Source: Candidatus Gottesmanbacteria bacterium
GTDB taxonomy: Bacteria > Patescibacteriota > Microgenomatia > UBA10105 > UBA927
Assembly: GCA_023245335.1 (NCBI GenBank)
Contig: JAHFKK010000001.1
Span: 427,282-491,281, forward strand
Length of the DNA: 64,000 bases
Direction: 5' to 3'
This document shows, in pieces, positions 57,436 through 64,000 of this stretch. How positions within the stretch are numbered: position 1 is the first letter of the stretch; every line of letters begins with the position of its first letter. The notes under the pieces were generated by a model. That model saw only the letters and a list, made by a program, of their open reading frames with translations. It ran no database searches and was not told the origin of the DNA. A program made the translations under genes and the position numbers.

Positions 57436-57507
57436 GCTTATAGTATAACTCATCATTGTAAGATAGTCCACTGCGCCGGCGTACAATTTCGCCTATCGTA
57501 AAAGGAT

Positions 57508-59037
57508 ATGCTTGCCCAAATTCAGTCCGGAGCCGTCGTTGGTCTCGACGCCGTTCCCGTGACGGTAGAAGTGGACATTGCGTCTCTTGGGTTGCCGTCA
57601 TTCACCATCGTCGGTCTTCCGGATAAAGCAGTAGAAGAGAGTCGGGAACGGGTGCGTGCGGCCATAAAAAATAGTGGTGCAGAATTTCCGGCGAAACGGA
57701 TTACCGTAAATCTCGCTCCTGCGGATCTTCCGAAAGTGGGACCGGCATATGATCTGCCCATCGCACTCGGTATACTTTACGCTTCGGGTCAGCTAGGAAT
57801 AATTCCCAAAGACGCGGTATTCGTCGGTGAGCTCTCTCTGGATGGCAGTGTGCGGCACACAAACGGCGTATTGCCGCTTGCCATGTTAGTCACCAAGATG
57901 CACGGAGAGAAGAACCTTTTTGTCCCGATTTCGGATGCAAGGGAAGCAGCCATCATAAAAGAAATACATGTCTATGGTGTACCGTCTTTGTTAGCATTAT
58001 TTCATCACTTGTCCGCAACCAAACTCATCGCGAGAGAGACACATGTATCATTTACTAAGGTGGTTGGATCTCAAGCATTTGAGTCGGATATGGCTGATAT
58101 TCAGGGCCAGGAGCACGCCAAGCGCGCTTTAGAGATTGCAGCCGCCGGCGGGCACAATCTCTTCATGCAGGGGCCTCCTGGAGCCGGGAAGACCATGCTG
58201 GCGCGTACGTTGCCCTCAATACTCCCGAGCCTCACAGAAGACGAGGCGCTCGAAGTCACAAAAATATATTCGGTGACGGGTAATTTGCCGCCGGGTGAAT
58301 CCGTGATGAAATTTCGTCCGTTTCGATCTCCTCACCATACGACGTCCCGAATCGGGCTTATCGGCGGAGGGACACATCCTTCCCCGGGCGAGATATCGCT
58401 TGCGCATCGGGGCGTACTCTTCCTGGATGAATTCCCGGAATTTCCGAGGAATGTCCTGGAAGCGCTGCGGCAACCGATGGAGGATGGTGTCGTGAGTATA
58501 TCCCGTGCCGTGGGATCGGTGCGGTATCCTGCCAAATTCATGCTGATTGCGGCGGCCAACCCGTGTCCATGCGGCAACAGCGGTTCGGAAACCCGGCGGT
58601 GCACCTGCCTTCCCGGCATGGTTCTTCGCTACCAGAAGCGTGTATCCGGTCCGATTATCGACCGCATAGATCTTCATGTCCATGTCCCGACGGTGGCAAC
58701 AGAGAAACTGACCGATACGTCGACAAAAAATGAATCCTCCGCTCATATCCGGATACGTGTTCAAAAGGCGAGAGATAGGCAAACCAAACGGTTGCACCGT
58801 TTCGCGCTTCGGGCAAATGCTGAAATGCCGACGCGTGTGGTGCGGGAATGCTGCCCCCTTTCCCCGGAATGCGAACAGTTTCTTCGTCTGGCGGTAACGA
58901 AGTTCCGTCTGACTGCCCGGGGGTATTATCGGGTCACGAAAGTCGCACGTACCATCGCCGATTTATCGGGTGACACCGTGATTTCTGTTCCTCACATAGC
59001 CGAAGCGCTGCAATACCGGCCTATCGAGGAGACCTAA
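57508..59037 (+). CDS. comM: YifB/ComM Mg-chelatase-like AAA+ ATPase
   Basis: 'VGLPD.AV.ESRERV', 'GPPGAGKTMLA', 'PFRSPHHT', 'LAHRGVLFLDE', 'ANPCPCG', 'DRID'. Confidence 0.95.
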   Translation: MLAQIQSGAVVGLDAVPVTVEVDIASLGLPSFTIVGLPDKAVEESRERVRAAIKNSGAEFPAKRITVNLAPADLPKVGPAYDLPIALGILYASGQLGIIPKDAVFVGELSLDGSVRHTNGVLPLAMLVTKMHGEKNLFVPISDAREAAIIKEIHVYGVPSLLALFHHLSATKLIARETHVSFTKVVGSQAFESDMADIQGQEHAKRALEIAAAGGHNLFMQGPPGAGKTMLARTLPSILPSLTEDEALEVTKIYSVTGNLPPGESVMKFRPFRSPHHTTSRIGLIGGGTHPSPGEISLAHRGVLFLDEFPEFPRNVLEALRQPMEDGVVSISRAVGSVRYPAKFMLIAAANPCPCGNSGSETRRCTCLPGMVLRYQKRVSGPIIDRIDLHVHVPTVATEKLTDTSTKNESSAHIRIRVQKARDRQTKRLHRFALRANAEMPTRVVRECCPLSPECEQFLRLAVTKFRLTARGYYRVTKVARTIADLSGDTVISVPHIAEALQYRPIEET

Positions 59038-59038
59038 G

Positions 59039-59068
59039 AAAACCCCCCGCTATGATGCGAGGGGTTTT
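59039..59068. terminator. bidirectional intrinsic terminator
   Basis: AAAACCCCCCGC-tatgat-GCGAGGGGTTTT between convergent genes. Confidence 0.7.
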
Positions 59069-59097
59069 GTTGATAAAACGTCTTACCAAAAAAGGAA

Positions 59098-59238
59098 TTA
59101 GCCACCAATTTTATACATTCCCGTTCCGCAAACTGGGCATTTTCCTTTCATTGCCGGTTTGCCGTTTTTCATCGTCACTTTGACGGCCTTTGGATCTTCG
59201 CGCTTCGCGCGACATTTTACACAATACATTTGTGCCAT
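59098..59238 (-). CDS. small zinc-ribbon protein (DUF5679-like; too short for the ORF track)
   Basis: Manual translation MAQMYCVKCRAKREDPKAVKVTMKNGKPAMKGKCPVCGTGMYKIGG*; strong SD GGGAGGTGA. Confidence 0.85.
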   Translation of the reverse strand: MAQMYCVKCRAKREDPKAVKVTMKNGKPAMKGKCPVCGTGMYKIGG

Positions 59239-59259
59239 AGTAGTAATTCACCTCCCTTC

Positions 59260-59357
59260 GCCCTCCAAAGCTTTACGCGAAGGAGGGTTTCGCGACCTTA
59301 GTGTTTTTATATTACGAAGCCATACTAAGGATAGGCTTCGGGAGGCACGGCCTCCTT
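59260..59357. repeat. cluster of REP-like palindromes
   Basis: GCCCTCCAAAGCTTTACGCGAAGGAGGG (59260-59287), CGAAGCC...GGCTTCG and GGAGGC-acg-GCCTCC. Confidence 0.55.
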
Positions 59358-59372
59358 TGTTGTTTTCAATCG

Positions 59373-59645
59373 TTAATGCGGCAGATAATGGGCGAGCAGG
59401 AATTCACTGATGATGATAGCGCCGGTAATAATCAATGTTTTCACGAGATCTCTATGAATAGCTGTAAATTCATCGACTGATCCAGTGACGGCACGCGTAG
59501 TCGTTGGCGTTTGGACAGGGAGCGTGAGATGAAACGAATTCACGTTCTTAACCGATTCGGGTAACCGGGATTCAACGACGGCGGGAGGCAGATGCACACG
59601 ATGGTGTTGAGCGAGCAGTTTTTCCTTTTTTGTTTTCTTTGGCAT
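59373..59645 (-). CDS. small hypothetical protein with C-terminal TM helix
   Basis: 'MPKKTKKEK' start, 'I.RDL.KT' followed by a hydrophobic C-terminus. Confidence 0.6.
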   Translation of the reverse strand: MPKKTKKEKLLAQHHRVHLPPAVVESRLPESVKNVNSFHLTLPVQTPTTTRAVTGSVDEFTAIHRDLVKTLIITGAIIISEFLLAHYLPH

Positions 59646-59811
59646 ACTGCGTAAGGGTCGTGCGCATGAGCGTAGCATAGTAGATTCAGGCTTGTCAACA
59701 TTTATCAGCCTCAAAACACGGTGCGTCAATTTTGGAATATCTTATAGTATAAGCATGTCTAGACAGAGTGATTGACAAAACAAAGTATGCGATCGTACTA
59801 TGTGAATACGA

Positions 59812-60297
59812 ATGGTGTTCAATACAACTGTTATAATTTGGGCAGTAGTGGTGGGGATTGTTATCTGGCTTACGGTACTTACAGTGCTGGTCATTCAGTC
59901 AGTTTCCCATTATAATAGATTAAGTAACGGTATAACGAAAAAAGGATTGCAGGAGGTGTTAGACGCGATACTGCGGACACTTCAGACAGTACGGGGAAAG
60001 ACAGAGAATTTGGAACGAGTCGTTGAAGCTCTCGGGACTGATGGAGAGCTTCATATACAAAGGATAGGCATCATACGATTTAATCCGTTTGCGGACACCG
60101 GAGGTGCACAAAGCTTTGTCATCGCGCTTCTGGATAAGATGAATAACGGTATAGTCATGACGTCATTATACGGGAGAAGCAGTAATCGTTGGTATGTGAA
60201 GGAGCTTGTTTCAGGGAAAGGGAAGGACATTACTTTATCGAAGGAAGAGGAATCGGCAATAGATAAAGCGAAGCATATTGGGAGCATGCGCGTATGA
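59812..60297 (+). CDS. DUF4446 family protein
   Basis: N-terminal TM helix, 'IQRIGIIRFNPF.D.GG.QSF..ALLD..NG.V', 'LS.EE'; TTGACA-18 nt-TACTAT promoter. Confidence 0.88.
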   Translation: MVFNTTVIIWAVVVGIVIWLTVLTVLVIQSVSHYNRLSNGITKKGLQEVLDAILRTLQTVRGKTENLERVVEALGTDGELHIQRIGIIRFNPFADTGGAQSFVIALLDKMNNGIVMTSLYGRSSNRWYVKELVSGKGKDITLSKEEESAIDKAKHIGSMRV

Positions 60298-61469
60298 ATA
60301 AACAACAGTTTATTACCACAATCGTCATCGGCCTGGCTCTCTATCTCATAGCGACGGGACTTTCGTTCGCCGGATTTTCGTATCTGGGTAAGATTGCCCC
60401 TCCAAAAACGACCACCACGAGTACGACGGGAACTCAAGGGCACCTTACGATTGATCCGTCCATCCCGCGCACTGAGCCGTGTCCTATAAACGGAAAACTC
60501 TACACCGCACAGGAAAAAGGAATTTGGGAAAAGCGCCGGCCGCTTGCGGTCATGATCGAAAATCATCAGGAAGCACGGCCGCAATCAGGACTGTCGTACG
60601 CAGATGTGGTATATGAGTCAGTTGCAGAAGGCGGGATCACCAGGTTTATGGGCATTTTTTACTGCGGTGTGGCGGCACAATCAGTCAATGTGGCGCCAGT
60701 CAGAAGTGCGAGGACCTATTTCCTCCCGTGGGTATTGGAATATGACGCTTTGTATAATCACGTGGGCGGAGCCGGAAACTGTGATGATGACACGGTAGAT
60801 GAGCGTGCCAAAGCGCTCTGCCAGATTGATCAGTACAAGGTAAAGAACATGGATCAGTTCGGCATTTCATTCCCGACATGCTACCGAAATTATGACCGCC
60901 TGGACCACCCTGTCGCGACAGAGCACACTATGGTCTGCGTGACCGACAAGCTTATCCAGCTTGCCGCGTCGCGTGGATGGACCAACGTCGATAGTGCCGG
61001 TGTCTCGTGGGATAAGAATTTCACTCCATGGAAGTTTAAGGACGATGCCAAGGAAAGCGATCGGGGTACAGCAACGTCGATAAGCTTCGTCGCCTGGAAA
61101 GGGTATGAAGCAGAATATGGCGTGCGATGGGATTACGATAAAATCGCAAACGTATATAAACGGTTCAATGCAGGAGTCGCACACACGGATCTTGAGACGA
61201 AACAGCAGCTCGCGGCAAAAGCAGTCGTTGTTCTATTTGCCAAAGAGACGGGTCCTGTCGATGGACACGGGCATCTCCTGTATGGCAATATCGGAACTGG
61301 AGATGCGATAGCGTTTGAAGACGGGAAGGCAACCAAAGCGATATGGCGCAAGGCGACCAAAAATGCACGGACGGTTTTTTATGATGCGGCTACGAATAAA
61401 GAAATTACCTTTACTCGCGGTCAATTATGGATCGAAATGCTGCCCACCGGTACGCCTGTGACGTACTAA
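60294..61469 (+). CDS. DUF3048 (YerB-like) surface protein
   Basis: 'RPLAVMIENH..ARPQSGL..ADVVYE..AEGGITRF', 'PVRSAR'. Confidence 0.9.
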   Translation: MNKQQFITTIVIGLALYLIATGLSFAGFSYLGKIAPPKTTTTSTTGTQGHLTIDPSIPRTEPCPINGKLYTAQEKGIWEKRRPLAVMIENHQEARPQSGLSYADVVYESVAEGGITRFMGIFYCGVAAQSVNVAPVRSARTYFLPWVLEYDALYNHVGGAGNCDDDTVDERAKALCQIDQYKVKNMDQFGISFPTCYRNYDRLDHPVATEHTMVCVTDKLIQLAASRGWTNVDSAGVSWDKNFTPWKFKDDAKESDRGTATSISFVAWKGYEAEYGVRWDYDKIANVYKRFNAGVAHTDLETKQQLAAKAVVVLFAKETGPVDGHGHLLYGNIGTGDAIAFEDGKATKAIWRKATKNARTVFYDAATNKEITFTRGQLWIEMLPTGTPVTY

Positions 61470-61523
61470 GGTGCCCTCTGCCCGAAATATTCCCCGATCA
61501 CACGTCGGGAAAAGGGAGGATTT

Positions 61524-62105
61524 ATGCTTCTTGAAGAACTCGTTATTTCGAGAGTAAGGGTAAAAGTATTGACTCTTTTTCTCGCGAATCCCGGTAAGAT
61601 CTATCACGTGCGTGACATCGTCCGCAAAGTGGATGAAGAAATAAATGCTGTCCGACGCGAACTTGCTCACCTGGAAAAAGCCGGTATGCTCACGAAAGAG
61701 CAGCGGGCGAACCGGTTGTTTTACGCTTTCCGTAAAGATTATCCTTTGTATTATGAACTCATGGAACTTATAGCAAAGACAAGCGGCTTGGGTTGGGATA
61801 TCGTCAAGAACAAAGCCAAACTCGGGAAGATTAAGTTTGCCATGATGTCCGGTCGGTATATACGCGGTTTGCCCCATAAAGGCGGTAATGACGTGGATAT
61901 TCTGATCGTCGGCTCCGTTGTTTTGGCGGAACTCGGACAGTTAGTCAAAAATGAGGAAGTCAAACGCGAACGCGAGCTTAACTATACGGTGATGACCGAA
62001 GAAGAATTTGCATTCCGTAAAAGGCGCCGCGACCCCTTCGTGCTGGAGATACTGAGCAGCTCCCGTATCATGCTCATCGGTGATGAAGAGGAGCTGGTGA
62101 ACTAA
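61524..62105 (+). CDS. winged-helix protein with nucleotidyltransferase-like C-terminal domain
   Basis: 'SRVRVKVL..F', 'VR.IVR...EEINAVRREL..LE..G', 'DVDILIVG', 'ELNYTVMT.EEF'. Confidence 0.75.
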   Translation: MLLEELVISRVRVKVLTLFLANPGKIYHVRDIVRKVDEEINAVRRELAHLEKAGMLTKEQRANRLFYAFRKDYPLYYELMELIAKTSGLGWDIVKNKAKLGKIKFAMMSGRYIRGLPHKGGNDVDILIVGSVVLAELGQLVKNEEVKRERELNYTVMTEEEFAFRKRRRDPFVLEILSSSRIMLIGDEEELVN

Positions 62106-62109
62106 GAGT

Positions 62110-63474
62110 ATGTTTAAAAATTCCCGCCGGGTATTCATCCTGTTGTGGTTACTGACGCTCGCGCTCATATTTATTGACTTGCCGGAAAATTATCACGTCA
62201 AATTTTCCGCTTTCGGACACAAAGTTGACCGCGTGATCAATCCGCCGACACTGCGCCTCAACGTATTCGGATTCAACATCCAGAAAACATTCAAAACTTC
62301 CTTGGGATTAGACCTCGCCGGCGGGAGCGATATATCGCTCCAGGCGGATATGAAAGACATAAAGCCCGCGGATCGGCTGTCGGCGCTTGAGTCGGCAAAG
62401 GAGGTTATCGACCGCAGGGTAAACTTTTTTGGCGTTTCCGAACCGATTGTGCAAACAGCGGTCGAGAATAATTCTTACCGCATTATCGTCGAGTTACCCG
62501 GCGTGAGTAATGTCGATGAGGCGATCGCGCTCATCGGGCAGACCGCGCTTCTCGATTTCCGTGAGTTTACTTCAGCGCCGCAGGCCACCGCTGCCGCCTA
62601 CACGATCCCGTCCCTTACGAATACCAAATCTGTCGGCATAACCGGTAAGGATCTTTCCCGTGCAACTATGGAATACGGTCAGCAGACGGGTACGCCGGAA
62701 GTAGCTATAGAATTTACCGGAGAAGGGCAGAAGAAATTCGGTGATGTGACTACTCGCTTAGTCGGCAAGCAGCTCGCGATATTTCTGGACGATATTCCGG
62801 TTACAGCCCCCGTCGTACAGACGCCGATAACAGACGGGAAAGCCGTCATAACGGGAAACTTCACCAAGGATGCCGCAAGCGCCTTAGCACTTCAACTAAA
62901 CGCCGGAGCACTCCCGGTGCCGGTGTCTGTCGTGGAGCAGCGGACGGTTGAGGCGACACTGGGTGCTGAATCGGTCGCCAAAAGCATCCGCGCCGGAGCA
63001 GTAGGACTGACGCTGGTAGCACTATTCATGATCCTGCAGTACGGGAGACTGGGGCTTATTGCAGACGCGGCACTTCTTCTCTACGGCCTTTTGTCATTCG
63101 GAGTATTCAGACTTTTGGGTATTACGCTCACCCTTCCGGGAATTGCCGGGTTCATCTTATCGATAGGTATGGCTGTCGATAGCAACATCCTTATTTTTGA
63201 GCGTTATAAGGAGGAAAGGTGGAACGGTAAACCCTGGCATATCGCGATCGAGCAGGCCTTCGGAAAAGCATGGGACAGTATACGGGATGCGAATGTCACA
63301 ACTATCATTACGTCGCTCATCCTTTATAATCCGGGGAACTGGGCATTGTTGCCGTCGTCAGGGCTGGTACGCGGATTTGCGGCGACACTCCTTATCGGAG
63401 TCGTCATGAGCTTGTTTACCGGAATTGTCGCAAGCCGTACCTATATACGCGTATTGTATAAGGAGAAAGAATAA
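62110..63474 (+). CDS. secD: protein translocase subunit SecD
   Basis: 'LGLDLAGG', 'RRVN.FGVSEP', 'AGALPVP', 'GMAVDSNILIFER'. Confidence 0.97.
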   Translation: MFKNSRRVFILLWLLTLALIFIDLPENYHVKFSAFGHKVDRVINPPTLRLNVFGFNIQKTFKTSLGLDLAGGSDISLQADMKDIKPADRLSALESAKEVIDRRVNFFGVSEPIVQTAVENNSYRIIVELPGVSNVDEAIALIGQTALLDFREFTSAPQATAAAYTIPSLTNTKSVGITGKDLSRATMEYGQQTGTPEVAIEFTGEGQKKFGDVTTRLVGKQLAIFLDDIPVTAPVVQTPITDGKAVITGNFTKDAASALALQLNAGALPVPVSVVEQRTVEATLGAESVAKSIRAGAVGLTLVALFMILQYGRLGLIADAALLLYGLLSFGVFRLLGITLTLPGIAGFILSIGMAVDSNILIFERYKEERWNGKPWHIAIEQAFGKAWDSIRDANVTTIITSLILYNPGNWALLPSSGLVRGFAATLLIGVVMSLFTGIVASRTYIRVLYKEKE

Positions 63475-63475
63475 T

Positions 63476-64000
63476 ATGATTCGATTCAGTAAATATATCT
63501 GGGTATATTTTTTGCTTTCGGGACTGGTACTCGTCTCCGGTGTTTTTTCTCTCATACGTTGGGGGTTCAGACCATCAGTTGATTTTTCCGGCGGTACCCT
63601 CATCGAATTTACGACGAACCGTGATTTATCGGCAGATACCGTTAAACAAACTGCAGCTGCACTCAAGATGGACGTGGCGAGCGTGCAACGCGCGGGTAAT
63701 GAGCATTACATACTCCGGATGAAGCCCACCACCTCCCAGACGATCAGCCAGCTTGTTTCCGGCATACAGTCCGTCAATTCGGTGAAAGTAACCATCCAGA
63801 GTAACCAGACGGTCGGACCGGTTCTCGGCAGGGAACTCCTGCAAAAGGCAACGTTCGCGGCCCTTCTTGCCATTACCGCGATATTACTCTACGTAGCGTG
63901 GGCGTTTAAAAATATCAAATTCGGTGTGGCAGCTGTGGTTGCACTTCTTCATGATTTACTTGTCGTCCTGGGAAGCTTTTCCCTCTTTGGACATTTCCTA
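63476..64000 (+). CDS. secF: protein translocase subunit SecF (runs off the window end)
   Basis: Manual translation MIRFSKY...'VDFSGGT'...'VGPVLGREL'...'ALLHDL'. Confidence 0.93.
   Translation, partial: MIRFSKYIWVYFLLSGLVLVSGVFSLIRWGFRPSVDFSGGTLIEFTTNRDLSADTVKQTAAALKMDVASVQRAGNEHYILRMKPTTSQTISQLVSGIQSVNSVKVTIQSNQTVGPVLGRELLQKATFAALLAITAILLYVAWAFKNIKFGVAAVVALLHDLLVVLGSFSLFGHFL

Noticed and set aside
57198-57601. Short ORFs between the AI-2E gene and comM
   Set aside because: They overlap the RNase P RNA gene.
1-64000. CRISPR array or cas operon suggested by the Cas4-like nuclease
   Set aside because: No regularly spaced direct repeats or other cas genes seen.
1-64000. Alternative genetic code (TGA as Gly, code 25)
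   Set aside because: Conserved genes are full length under code 11, and TGA ends genes at expected positions (for example fusA, rplP, adk).

Overview
Core-genome region of a Candidate Phyla Radiation (Patescibacteria, probably Microgenomates-group) bacterium using genetic code 11. The lineage call is an inference from the missing rpmD/L30, the gene content and the divergent housekeeping proteins. The window carries rpoBC, a split str operon (rpsL-rpsG, about 7 kb of accessory genes, then fusA-tuf), the S10/spc/alpha ribosomal superoperon with a 7.3 kb island of alkaline-phosphatase/sulfatase-superfamily genes between map and infA, tRNA-Pro(GGG), recA-recX-rny, HU, miaB-miaA, the RNase P RNA gene, comM/yifB and secD-secF (partial). 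Four things stand out. (1) An AT-rich GIY-YIG nuclease gene lies between an intact tRNA-Pro and a duplicate of that tRNA's 5' end. The duplicate is split by a 30-nt double-hairpin element. The same arrangement (5'-end duplicate split by a 30-nt palindromic element, then the intact gene) recurs at miaB, and other REP-like palindromes are scattered nearby, one in-frame inside miaB. Together these suggest a nuclease-driven short-palindrome mobile system. (2) Six core expression loci (rpoB, fusA, rplC, infA, rny, hup) have a sigma70 promoter followed by a leader holding a terminator-like hairpin and U-tract, some with clear antiterminator alternatives. The rny leader may be a 6S-like RNA. (3) Many accessory genes look leaderless. 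(4) RNA polymerase has natural substitutions in the rifampicin pocket, bridge helix and trigger loop. All structure and family calls were made by eye, without computation.
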